From positions 161,171 to 225,170 of the forward strand of contig NZ_JBDSUA010000005.1 of NCBI RefSeq assembly GCF_039927955.1: 64,000 nucleotides of DNA, given 5' to 3'. The notes under the pieces were generated by a model. It was not told the DNA's origin. It did not search any database and saw only the letters and a list, made by a program, of their open reading frames with translations. Source of the DNA: Devosia sp. (GTDB lineage Bacteria; Pseudomonadota; Alphaproteobacteria; Rhizobiales; Devosiaceae). Below, in pieces: positions 27,787-39,123 of this stretch (positions are counted from its first letter, which is position 1; the number at the start of each line of letters is the position of its first letter). The position numbers and the translations under genes are program-made.

Positions 27787-28977
27787 CTACTCCATCGCAA
27801 CGGCCTTTGGTTGCTGCAATTGCAGCGATAACCAGATGCAAAAGGCGCCCAATGCGGCAAAGCCGGCGGCCACGAAAAAGGTGTGGGCGCCCATGAAAGT
27901 GAACAGCCACCCAAAGACAATCAGCGCGACCACCGCCATGCCCTGCTGGACCATGGTGAACAGGCTTTGTGCCTCTGCCGCGACATTCTCATGGGTCCAG
28001 TTGGTGATGAAGTGGATGCAGCCTAAAAAACCCAGGGCATAGGTGACGCTGTGGGTAAGCTGCAGGAAAATCAGCACCGGCACCGTCGGCGAAAAGCCCA
28101 TGGCAATCCAGCGCAGCGCCGAGCAGATCGCTGACACCAGGATCATGTTGCGCGCCGAAAACCGATGGCTGAAGCGCCGGAAGGCAAACATCATCAGCGC
28201 CTCGGAAAAGCCAGCGAGCGCGATCAGTGGGCCGATAATGTCAGCGGAAATCCCCTGCTCTTTCCAGACCAAAGCCGTGAAAGCGTTGAGCAGGTAATGG
28301 GTGGCAAACACCATGGAAAAGCCAATCAGCGGCAATAGAAACCATGGCTTGAACACTTCGCTCAAGCGCGCAGGCGACGGCTGAACCGCAGTCAGCGTCA
28401 ACTCGGTCGGTGGAGCGCGAAACCGTGGCAGGATCAGCGCCGCCGCAGCGCGGATCACGCACAGACCGATAAACAGCGGCACAAAAAAATCCGAGCCGAA
28501 CCAGATCACCAGAAAACCGGTGACGGCATTGAACACCAGGTAGCCCACCGTGCCCCAGGCACGGATCGCGCCGAAGTCGGTGCCGTTTCGGCGGGTCATG
28601 CGCATGGTAGCCGCATCAATGACCGGACCGACCGCGCCTGCGGGTAAGGCGCACAGCGCCCAGACCAGCATGATTCCCCAGAATTCGTTGACGAACAGCA
28701 GGCCGAACGCAATGACCGCGGCCAGCCAGACGCCGATGACGATGACCTGGCGCCAGTCGCTGGCGCGATCGGCCACGCGGCCCACCAACAGGTTGGACGC
28801 CAGAATCAGGAAGATCGGCAGGGCGTTGATAATGCCAATCTGGTCTGGGGTAATGCCCTTTTCCGTCAGCCAGATTGGCAGGAAGGTGACGGCAGCGCCG
28901 CCACCCATGAAAAAGCTGATGTAGAAAATCGTGGTGCGTAATTCGGCGGACATGCGGTCGACAATGGGCGGCGCCAT
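27787..28977 (-). CDS. MFS transporter (HcaT/MFS_1-like), paralog 3
   Basis: About 12 TM; GRVADRASDWR, DFGAIRAWGTVG, NWTHENVAAEAQ. Confidence 0.9.
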   Translation of the reverse strand: MAPPIVDRMSAELRTTIFYISFFMGGGAAVTFLPIWLTEKGITPDQIGIINALPIFLILASNLLVGRVADRASDWRQVIVIGVWLAAVIAFGLLFVNEFWGIMLVWALCALPAGAVGPVIDAATMRMTRRNGTDFGAIRAWGTVGYLVFNAVTGFLVIWFGSDFFVPLFIGLCVIRAAAALILPRFRAPPTELTLTAVQPSPARLSEVFKPWFLLPLIGFSMVFATHYLLNAFTALVWKEQGISADIIGPLIALAGFSEALMMFAFRRFSHRFSARNMILVSAICSALRWIAMGFSPTVPVLIFLQLTHSVTYALGFLGCIHFITNWTHENVAAEAQSLFTMVQQGMAVVALIVFGWLFTFMGAHTFFVAAGFAALGAFCIWLSLQLQQPKAVAME

Positions 28978-29075
28978 GGGGAAATGCTCGGGTCATCTGC
29001 CGCTGCCCGAATCTGGCGCGACAGTCTCAAAAATACGATCTGGCAACGCCAGTCACCGCGTTTCAGCGCTTGGTG

Positions 29076-30257
29076 TCAATGCGCCTTGGCTGGCCGCATA
29101 ATCAAACTTGCAACGATACAACCGGCCCCAACTGCCCCCAGTGCCACCGGCCCGAAAAACGCGCCAATGCCAAACTGATTGACCAGCCAGCCGAAGCCGA
29201 TCAGGGCGAAAACCGTTGCTGCCTGCTGGAACACCACCGCCAGACCCTGCGCCTCGGCGGCGATGTCCTCGCTGGTCCAGTTGGCAATGAAATGCACTGC
29301 ACCGAAATAGCCCACGCCATAAGTCAGCGCATGCAGCGTCTGCAGGACGAACAACACGGCGACGGGCGGATTGAACGCCATGACGGTCCAGCGGACCATG
29401 CAGGCGATGGCAGCGATCAGCATCATCTGGCGGGCCGAAATATTGCCCCCAACGCGCCGCCACGCAAACATCATCACCGCTTCGGCCGCCGCGCCAACGG
29501 CAATTAACGGCCCGATGTAACCATCGGCCACCCCATTGTCGTGCCAGACCAGGGCCGCAAAGCCGGACAGTACCGAATGGCTGGAATTGACCAGCGCAAA
29601 GCCGATCAACGGCAGCAGGAACCAGGGCTTGAACATTTCGCTGATGCGCGACGCACCGGATTTGAGGCCGGCAAGCGTGGGCTCATGGGCCGGCGCGCGG
29701 AAACGCGGCAATTGCCACGCCGCCGCCGTCCGCAGCAGCGACAGACCAAGGAACAGCGGCAGAAACGCCACCGGCCCGAGCCAGGCAATTATCCAGCCAC
29801 TTGCCACCGTGCAAACCATATAGCCCACAGTGCCCCAGGCGCGAACTGTGCCGAAATCGGTACCATTGCGCTGCGTCAGCCGCACCGTTGCTGCATCGGT
29901 TACCGGCGGGATCGAGCCGGAGCCAAGCGCGCACAGGGTCCAGACCGCCAGAATGCCCCAGAACGAATTGACGAAGAACAGGCCGATCGGGACCATGCCG
30001 GCAAACAGCGCCAAAACGATGATGACCGAGCGCCAGTCACCGGCCCGATCGGCGATGCGGCCAATGAGTTGATTGATCAGCAGCAGGACCAGAACCGGCA
30101 AGGCGTTGATCAGGCCGATTTCGCCGGCCGAAATGCCTTTTCCGGTTAGCCAGATGGCAAAATACACCGAACTGGCACCTGCCGAGCCAAACACCGTAAA
30201 ATGAAATACCGCCGCGCGCAGTTCAGGACTGAACCGCTGCACCAAAGCCGAAGGCAT
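29076..30257 (-). CDS. MFS transporter (HcaT/MFS_1-like), paralog 2
   Basis: GRIADRAGDWR, DFGTVRAWGTVG, NWTSEDIAAEAQ. Confidence 0.9.
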   Translation of the reverse strand: MPSALVQRFSPELRAAVFHFTVFGSAGASSVYFAIWLTGKGISAGEIGLINALPVLVLLLINQLIGRIADRAGDWRSVIIVLALFAGMVPIGLFFVNSFWGILAVWTLCALGSGSIPPVTDAATVRLTQRNGTDFGTVRAWGTVGYMVCTVASGWIIAWLGPVAFLPLFLGLSLLRTAAAWQLPRFRAPAHEPTLAGLKSGASRISEMFKPWFLLPLIGFALVNSSHSVLSGFAALVWHDNGVADGYIGPLIAVGAAAEAVMMFAWRRVGGNISARQMMLIAAIACMVRWTVMAFNPPVAVLFVLQTLHALTYGVGYFGAVHFIANWTSEDIAAEAQGLAVVFQQAATVFALIGFGWLVNQFGIGAFFGPVALGAVGAGCIVASLIMRPAKAH

Positions 30258-30376
30258 GAAATGAAACTCCGGGCGAATATGCGCCCGGCGCTAACTTGCC
30301 CGCGTCGGCGGCAAGATCAAGACGTCAAATCACCTCACCGGAAAATAGTTCTGCAACGTCGCAAAGCTGCATCCGC

Positions 30377-31588
30377 TTAGGCAGCTTTTTCGGCCTTGGG
30401 GTTCATCATCATCAGCGACAGCAGCACCAGAACGGCGCCAATCGCCGACATGATCGCGGCCACATAGAAGGCCCCGGCGCCGAACATTTGCGCCAGAAAA
30501 CCGAACCCGACCAAGGCGAACACCGTCACCACCTGGCGCAACACCACGAAAAAACTCTGCGCTTCAGCAGCGATATCTTCGCTGGTCCAGTTGGCAATGA
30601 AGTTGGTGATGCCAAGGAAAGTCAGACCCACGGTGGCCAGATGCAGCATCTGCAGGGCGACCAGCACCCACACATTTGGCTCCAGCGCAAAACCCCACCA
30701 GCGAATCGCGCCGCAAATGCACCCGATCAGGATCAGGTGCCGCGCGGCGAAGCGCTTGGTAATTGGCTCAAACAGCACCATGGCAAAGATTTCAGCGGTG
30801 GGCGCCACAGCCCACAGGATGCCGATGATCCACCCCGGCAAGCCGGCCTGCGCCCAGATCAGCGCGCCAAACCCCATCTGCATCATGTGGCTGCCATGCA
30901 GCAGCGCCGCCCCGGCCAGGGTCAGCACGAACCACGGCCGCCACAACTCGGCCATGCGGATGGCGATCAGCGGATTGATCGGCGCATCGATCGGATGAAC
31001 CGGGCGCAGATTATCGCCAGAGCCCCGAAACAGCGGCAATTGCAGCGATGCCAGCGCCCGGACGATACTGACGGCGGTGAGCAGCGGCACGAAGGCGATC
31101 GGCCCAAGCCATCCCAGGATCACACCAGATAGCAGCGTCACCACCACGAAGCCGATGGTGCCCCAGACGCGGATGGCGCCGAAATCAAGCCCGGTGCGTC
31201 GGGCCATGCGATAGGCCGCCGCATCCACCACCGGCGAGATCGCCTGAAACGGCACGATCAGCAGCGTCCAGATGATCATGATGCCGAGATAGCCCTGCGG
31301 CCAGAACAGGAACAGCGGCGGTATGGCGGCAAGGATCGAGCCGATCACGATCACCGAGCGCCAGTCGCTGGCCCGATCGGCAAGCCGACCGACGATCAGA
31401 TTGATCACAATCATCGCCAGGATCGGCGCCGCATTGATCAAGCCGATTTCGGCCTCGCCGATGCCGCGCTCGGTCAACCAGATCGGCAGGAACGGGTTGG
31501 AGACTGCGCCGGACGTAAACAACGTTGCATAAAACATGCCAGTACGGGCCGCGGGCGAGGAAAATCGCACCGCCAATGGCAAACCCAT
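30377..31588 (-). CDS. MFS transporter (HcaT/MFS_1-like), paralog 1
   Basis: GRLADRASDWR, DFGAIRVWGTIG, NWTSEDIAAEAQ. Confidence 0.9.
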   Translation of the reverse strand: MGLPLAVRFSSPAARTGMFYATLFTSGAVSNPFLPIWLTERGIGEAEIGLINAAPILAMIVINLIVGRLADRASDWRSVIVIGSILAAIPPLFLFWPQGYLGIMIIWTLLIVPFQAISPVVDAAAYRMARRTGLDFGAIRVWGTIGFVVVTLLSGVILGWLGPIAFVPLLTAVSIVRALASLQLPLFRGSGDNLRPVHPIDAPINPLIAIRMAELWRPWFVLTLAGAALLHGSHMMQMGFGALIWAQAGLPGWIIGILWAVAPTAEIFAMVLFEPITKRFAARHLILIGCICGAIRWWGFALEPNVWVLVALQMLHLATVGLTFLGITNFIANWTSEDIAAEAQSFFVVLRQVVTVFALVGFGFLAQMFGAGAFYVAAIMSAIGAVLVLLSLMMMNPKAEKAA

Positions 31589-31680
31589 CGAACTCAGGCT
31601 CCGGGCAAATCAGTTTGGAAACGTCTCAGGACAATGCGCCGGGAGGCAAAGGGTGGCAAGGCCAAGCGGCAAGGAATGCG

Positions 31681-32769
31681 CTAACCCGCAGCCAGCAATT
31701 GCCGTGCGCCCTGCCCGGCCCGTACCAGGGCCGATTGAAACTGCGTGGTGCTGGCGGCAATGGTAAAGCTGGCGGCGCAACTGCGGGCCGCGCTGCGCGA
31801 CAGGTTGAGGGCTTTGGCCACAGCCAATCCCAGATCCTCGTCCATTGCACCGGAGGTGGTGGTCAGAATGTCCAATGGCCCGGTCACCGGATAGGCGGCC
31901 ACCGGCGTGCCGGAGGCAAGCGCCTCGATAATGACATTGCCAAAGGTGTCAGTGCGACTGGGAAACACGAAGACGTCGGCACTGCGATAGAGCGCGGCCA
32001 ATTCATCGCCGAACTGAAAACCGAGAAATTTGGCCTGCGGATAGGTTCGCTCCAGCGCTGTCCGATCCGGCCCGTCGCCGACGACGATCTTGGTGCCCGG
32101 CATATCCAGCGTCAGAAACGCTCCGATGTTCTTTTCGGCGGCAACGCGGCCGACATACAGCAGGTGTGGACCGGGCAGATCGAGAAACCGGGTCTTCGGG
32201 CCGGGCGCGAAGCGCACCGCATCGACCCCGCGCGACCACAGCCCGAGATTGCCAAACCCATGGCCGGCCAGTTCGGTAACCAGGGACGGGCTGGGCACCA
32301 GCGTGCGCGCCGCCGGTTCATGAAACCAGCGCAGATAGCTATAGCCCCACTCCGGTGAAACCGGCACGCGTGCCGCCAGATACTCGGCAAAGCGGGTGTG
32401 AAAACTGGTGGTGAACGCCAGGCCGCGCTCAACGCAATACTGCCGCGCCTGCAAGCCAAGCGGGCCCTCGGTGGCGATGTGGATATGAAAGGGCGCCACT
32501 CCATCGATGAAGGCAGCGACCGCGCCTTGGGTGGCCAGTGAGAGGCGAATTTCAGGATAGGTGGGGACCGGCAGGGTCCAGAAGCGCTCTGGCGTCAGGT
32601 AGCGCACTTCCATGCCGCGCCGCAGCAATTCGGTGCCGAGATTTTGCAGCGTCCGCACCACGCCATTGGTTTGCGGATGCCAGGCGTCAGTAACAATCAG
32701 GAGGCGGCCGTGCGATCCGCCCGGCGCAGACGGGGCTTGCGCGGTTCGCCAACCGCCATTTCCGTCCAC
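31681..32769 (-). CDS. GT4 glycosyltransferase (Agt-like glycolipid synthase)
   Basis: LIVTDAWHPQTNGVVRT, HIATEGPLG, YVGRVAAEKN, FVFPSRTDTFG...EALASG; start uncertain. Confidence 0.87.
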   Translation of the reverse strand: MDGNGGWRTAQAPSAPGGSHGRLLIVTDAWHPQTNGVVRTLQNLGTELLRRGMEVRYLTPERFWTLPVPTYPEIRLSLATQGAVAAFIDGVAPFHIHIATEGPLGLQARQYCVERGLAFTTSFHTRFAEYLAARVPVSPEWGYSYLRWFHEPAARTLVPSPSLVTELAGHGFGNLGLWSRGVDAVRFAPGPKTRFLDLPGPHLLYVGRVAAEKNIGAFLTLDMPGTKIVVGDGPDRTALERTYPQAKFLGFQFGDELAALYRSADVFVFPSRTDTFGNVIIEALASGTPVAAYPVTGPLDILTTTSGAMDEDLGLAVAKALNLSRSAARSCAASFTIAASTTQFQSALVRAGQGARQLLAAG

Positions 32770-33506
32770 TTGATCAATTCGAACTGCCCGTCGGGCGTCT
32801 CCGCGATTGCTGTGCAACTTTCCACCCAATCACCTGTGTTGATGTAGTGGATACCTAACCTGTCATGCATGTCAGCAAAGTGAATGTGGCCACAGATCAC
32901 CCCGTCAACCCCGGATTCCTTGGCTTCGTGGACCAAAGCTTCCTCGAATCGGCCGATCACCGAGACCGCGTTTTTCACCTTTTGCTTGGCCCAGGCCGAA
33001 AGCGACCAGTATTGCAGCCCCAGTCGCCGACGCACCCAATTGATCGCGATATTGACCCGAAGCGCCAGATTGTAGGCCCAGTCACCCACATGGGCGAGCC
33101 ATTTGGCGTTCATCACCACCACATCGAACTGGTCGCCATGGATCACCAGATAGGTCTTGCCCTGGGCGGTCGTGTGAACAGTTCGATCGACGAACTCGAC
33201 TTCACCAAAATAGGTGCCGAGATATTCTCGCAGGAACTCGTCATGATTGCCGGGTAGGTAAACCACCCTCGTTCCGGCATTGGCCTTGTCGAGCAGCAAC
33301 TGCGCCAGCACGTTGTATTCATTGGGCCAGTGCCAGTTCTTGGCCAATCGCCAGCCATCCAGAATGTCACCCACGAGGTAAATCGTCTCGGCATCATGGG
33401 CGCGCAGAAAATCGATCAGTTGCAGGACGCGGATCGGCTTCATCCCGAGATGCACATCGGAAATGAACAGCGCCCGCACCTGTCTGATTTCGCGATCTTC
33501 AGCCAT
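32697..33506 (-). CDS. Metallophosphoesterase, LpxH-like / PlcP-type phospholipase C
   Basis: FISDVHLG, LVGDILDGW, PGNHDE, HGDQFD, ICGHIH, YINTGDWVES. Confidence 0.88.
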   Translation of the reverse strand: MAEDREIRQVRALFISDVHLGMKPIRVLQLIDFLRAHDAETIYLVGDILDGWRLAKNWHWPNEYNVLAQLLLDKANAGTRVVYLPGNHDEFLREYLGTYFGEVEFVDRTVHTTAQGKTYLVIHGDQFDVVVMNAKWLAHVGDWAYNLALRVNIAINWVRRRLGLQYWSLSAWAKQKVKNAVSVIGRFEEALVHEAKESGVDGVICGHIHFADMHDRLGIHYINTGDWVESCTAIAETPDGQFELIKWTEMAVGEPRKPRLRRADRTAAS

Positions 33507-33742
33507 TCACCACGGCACCCCATTTCGTCTGCCAGCAGCGGCGAACCGCGCGGACCTTCATACAGTGTAGAGGGCGACACCAGAAGAAGAAACAGCGGTC
33601 AGATTGTGAAAACAGCCGACTGCCTGGCTGCGCACCAAAACGGCTGTTGTTTCAGTGGGTTAATTGCGGTCCACGATTCTCGTCAAAAACCTGAACTGGT
33701 GTTCGCCACCACCCTGACGTCAGCGCGAGCCTGATTCGCCAC

Positions 33743-34834
33743 TCAGCGAATATGGGCCTTCAAGGCAACAATGCGATCATAGCTCTGCTCGATACGAGCC
33801 GCGAATTCCGGATCAGCCTTGGCTTCAGCCACAAGAATACCCCGGATCTTTTCACCCAGACCGGGGCTATAGGCCGCGGTGTTGGAAAACAGCAGCACGT
33901 CGAGCCCGGCACGCACCGCCTCGGTTACGGTTTGCTCCGGCGTGAAATGCTGGCGAATGGCGCCCATTTCCAGATCATCACTGATGGCGACGCCGGTAAA
34001 ACCCAGTTGGCCGCGCAACACGCCGGTGATCCATTGATGCGACAGCGACGCGGGGGTTTTCGCATCGGCATCGGAATAGTCCTTATGGAACAGATGGCCG
34101 ACCATAACCATGCCAGCATAACCCTTGGCGAACAGGTCGCGATATGGCTCCAACTCCTTGGGCGACCAAGTGTTGGAAATATCGACAAAGCCCTCATGGC
34201 TATCGCCGGTCGAAGAGCCATGACCGGGGAAATGCTTGAGCGCCACCACCACTCCGGCCTTGTCATGAGCCTCGATAAAGGCGCCATCATAGGCCGCAAC
34301 CACGGCCGGATCGGCACTGAACGAGCGACCGAACTTGGCGATGATCTGGTTGTTCGGGTTGATATCCACATCGGCCACCGGGCCGAAATTGACGGTAAAA
34401 CCCAGATCGGCAATCGACTGCGCCATCTTTTCGTAGATCGCCTCGGCACCGGGGACGGAGTTGTCGGCGGCAATAGTGCGAGCATTGGGGACTTCGGTGA
34501 AGCCCACATCCTTGGTCAGCCGCTCGACGGCGCCGCCTTCCTGATCGAGCGTGATGAATGGCGGCAAGCCGGGCGACGCGGCCTTGAATGCCTCGTTCAT
34601 TGCCTTGACTGCAGCAAGGCTTGCCACATTGGTCTTGAGATACATCACCCCGCCGATATGGCCGGCGGCGATTTCGGCGCGCAGGGCTACCACGGATTTA
34701 TCGCCAACGTTATCGCCCTGAAAGCCGACGATAATCATCTGGCCGGCCATCTGGTCGAGCGTGGCGGCATGGGCAGGTGCGCTCAACGCCAAGAGCGCGA
34801 GGGCGGGAGCGAGGCAGTTCAGCAATGAGCGCAC
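33743..34834 (-). CDS. Secreted glycoside hydrolase family 3 (NagZ-like beta-N-acetylhexosaminidase)
   Basis: Signal peptide ending AHA, DQEGG.V.RL, KHFPGHG, DSH, ISDDLEMGA. Confidence 0.88.
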   Translation of the reverse strand: MRSLLNCLAPALALLALSAPAHAATLDQMAGQMIIVGFQGDNVGDKSVVALRAEIAAGHIGGVMYLKTNVASLAAVKAMNEAFKAASPGLPPFITLDQEGGAVERLTKDVGFTEVPNARTIAADNSVPGAEAIYEKMAQSIADLGFTVNFGPVADVDINPNNQIIAKFGRSFSADPAVVAAYDGAFIEAHDKAGVVVALKHFPGHGSSTGDSHEGFVDISNTWSPKELEPYRDLFAKGYAGMVMVGHLFHKDYSDADAKTPASLSHQWITGVLRGQLGFTGVAISDDLEMGAIRQHFTPEQTVTEAVRAGLDVLLFSNTAAYSPGLGEKIRGILVAEAKADPEFAARIEQSYDRIVALKAHIR

Positions 34835-34908
34835 AAATCAGTCCGTGGCAGGATTCGGTACGCGACGATGGCCGAGGAATGCGGCGGAAACAATGGCGGA
34901 GGCGAGCA

Positions 34909-34957
34909 CGCCCTCATGGTGAGGTGCCTTGCTTTGCAAAGTCGAACCACGAGGGCG
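34909..34957. repeat. REP-like repeat (same family as 17578-17715)
   Basis: CGCCCTCATGGTGAGG...TTGCAAAGTCGAACCACGAGGGCG immediately downstream of acs. Confidence 0.75.
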
Positions 34958-34962
34958 CGCCA

Positions 34963-36906
<1,944 letters not shown>

Positions 36907-36926
36907 GGTCTACTCTCCCGTGTGGC

Positions 36927-36961
36927 TTTAATTGGTATTAGCCAGTTTACATTGGTATTAG
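36927..36961. promoter_or_regulatory. Direct-repeat operator candidate upstream of acs
   Basis: ATTGGTATTAG at 36931 and 36951 (20-nt period). Confidence 0.55.
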
Positions 36962-37120
36962 ATTATTGCCTCAGCGTGGGCGAAGCAAGCCTAAGCCAAG
37001 GACTTCGCAAGCGAAAGCACGCAATGGCGCAAAGATGCGACATTAACCCCACTCGGGCACGCTGCTTCGGCGAGCCTTTGCCCGGTGGTATGGTGCAGTT
37101 GTGAAGAGGGAGACGGCGCG

Positions 37121-37762
37121 ATGAGCGGCATAGCCACGATGGGCCAGACCACCGGCGTTAAGGCGGCGGCGCCTGCCGCCAAAATCTACCGCGCTGCCAC
37201 CTTTGCGGATATCGATCTGGTGCATGCGCGACTGGGTGAAGTCATCGCCGAGCTTCCCTACTACAATGCCGAATTCAAGGCCCACGAAACCGCCCGGCTC
37301 AGCAAGGACTTCCTCGCAGCGCTGATCGAGGCCGACCCCCATCACGTGATGATTTTCATGCTTCAGGGCGAGACCGCCGGTTTCATGATCAGCGGTCCGG
37401 AACTGGGTACGCTGTGGCATTACTGGACCTATCTGTTCCCGGAAAAGCGCCAGGGGACTCTGGGCGTGCGCGGCATCCAGGAATTTTTCAAGCATTGGGA
37501 CAATGGCCGCTTTCACAAGGTCGCCACCTACACCATGCCGGGCAACGACCGGGCGCAGACATTAATGGAGCGGTTCGGGTACGTGTTCATCGTCAAGCTG
37601 GAGCAACAGCTGTTCGGCCAAGATTGTCTGCTCTACGAGCACAAGCTGAACAAGACCGTGCCGGGTTACGATCACAGCTTGCGGTTTGGCTTCCGCCATC
37701 GCCTGCGTCGCAAGATCAAGATGCTGCTGGCGCGGAATAAGTATTTCCACGCAATAGTTTAG
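37121..37762 (+). CDS. GNAT-fold protein
   Basis: YLFPEKRQGTLG, TMPGNDRAQTLMERFGY acetyl-CoA binding motifs. Confidence 0.75.
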   Translation: MSGIATMGQTTGVKAAAPAAKIYRAATFADIDLVHARLGEVIAELPYYNAEFKAHETARLSKDFLAALIEADPHHVMIFMLQGETAGFMISGPELGTLWHYWTYLFPEKRQGTLGVRGIQEFFKHWDNGRFHKVATYTMPGNDRAQTLMERFGYVFIVKLEQQLFGQDCLLYEHKLNKTVPGYDHSLRFGFRHRLRRKIKMLLARNKYFHAIV

Positions 37763-37796
37763 TCACGCTACGCGACTCTGATTCAGAACCTGAAGT

Positions 37797-39122
37797 TCAT
37801 TCCGCCGGGACGGCCACTGGCGCCGCGCCGCGAAATTTCTGCATAATCGAGACATCCACTTTGGCGGTCCTGAGCGCCACCCACCATAGCCCGCCCGACC
37901 AGGTCGTGATCGAGATCAAAGCGGCAAACGACGCACCCATCAGGCCGAACGGCGGCACCAGCAGGTAGTTGCCGGCCACCAAAGCCACAAGGCCAACTCC
38001 GATCGCCGGCAGGCTGGCATAGGGACGATCGTGGATCGACAGTACCAGCGACGCAGGCCCCATGGCCGAGCGCACAACCAGCGCCACGCACAACACTACC
38101 AGCGGCAGCGCACCGGCGGCAAAGGCCGGGCCAAAGATCATCAGCGCGAATGGCCCGCCCACCGCCATCATCACCAACAGCAGCAGCGACAGGCCGGTGG
38201 CGACGAAATTGGCATCACCCACCTTGCGATTGAAACCTGGGCGGTCGGCATTGGCTTCACTCTCAAACATGTCAGGCAACGTTACGGCGTAGACTGCAGC
38301 AACACCGAACGACACCAGCGAGAAAATCCGGGTGCAGACGCCAAAGATCGCCAGCTCTTCGCGGCTCAGATGATTGGCCAGCAGCAGCAGATCGATATCG
38401 AAGAAGAAATCGCTGGCCAGCGAAATCAGCACCCATGGCAGCGCAAAGCGCCACCAGCGGGCGCGCTCGGTGGGGCGCAACGGCGCGGTATCGGGAATGG
38501 CTTTGAGCGTCGCATAGACAAAACCAAAATGCACCATGGCGATGCCGGCATAACCGACGCCAACGATCCACATCATTAGGCCAAACCCGGCATCGGGATT
38601 GCCCAGCGTGGTGCCGATGAGGAACCCGGCGATAACGATCATCGGCCGGAACATGGTATCGGCAAAAAAGCCGGCATAGGGGCGCTTGAGCCCGACCAGC
38701 ATCGCGCCATTGACGAACACGGTGGCGGTGCCGAAGGCCAAGAGGCACACCGGCACGAAATGCTGCGCCAGTGCCGATTGACCGGCACCGGTCAGCCCGA
38801 GGAATGGATAGCCGACCGCAAGCAGCAGCGCAGTCGCGCCCAGCACATGGCCATAGGCACTGCCGACGAACACGCCGAGCTGGCGGCGTTCGCCTTTGGC
38901 GCGGTACTCAGCCGCGAAATAAGTGCCGACGGTCTGGAAGCCCAACGGCATCACCACGGCGATCAGGTTCACCGTCGCGATGATCAGCAGATAATCGCCG
39001 AGCTGATGGGCGCCCCAGAAGCGGGCGATCATCGCCTGAACGGCAAACACCAGCCCTGCCCCAAACAGGCGGGCGGCAAAAATCACGGTGGACTGCGAGG
39101 CCAGGCGCCGGTGCAGGCTCAT
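37797..39122 (-). CDS. Wzx-like polysaccharide flippase (MOP superfamily)
   Basis: About 12 TM; ARFWGAHQLGDY, DIDLLLLA, LVPPFGLMGASFA. Confidence 0.82.
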   Translation of the reverse strand: MSLHRRLASQSTVIFAARLFGAGLVFAVQAMIARFWGAHQLGDYLLIIATVNLIAVVMPLGFQTVGTYFAAEYRAKGERRQLGVFVGSAYGHVLGATALLLAVGYPFLGLTGAGQSALAQHFVPVCLLAFGTATVFVNGAMLVGLKRPYAGFFADTMFRPMIVIAGFLIGTTLGNPDAGFGLMMWIVGVGYAGIAMVHFGFVYATLKAIPDTAPLRPTERARWWRFALPWVLISLASDFFFDIDLLLLANHLSREELAIFGVCTRIFSLVSFGVAAVYAVTLPDMFESEANADRPGFNRKVGDANFVATGLSLLLLVMMAVGGPFALMIFGPAFAAGALPLVVLCVALVVRSAMGPASLVLSIHDRPYASLPAIGVGLVALVAGNYLLVPPFGLMGASFAALISITTWSGGLWWVALRTAKVDVSIMQKFRGAAPVAVPAE

Positions 39123-39123
39123 C

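Noticed and set aside
33540-33620. Pho box upstream of the PlcP-like gene
   Set aside because: Only degenerate half-sites (TTTTCAC, CTGTTTC) with incorrect spacing; not supportable by eye.
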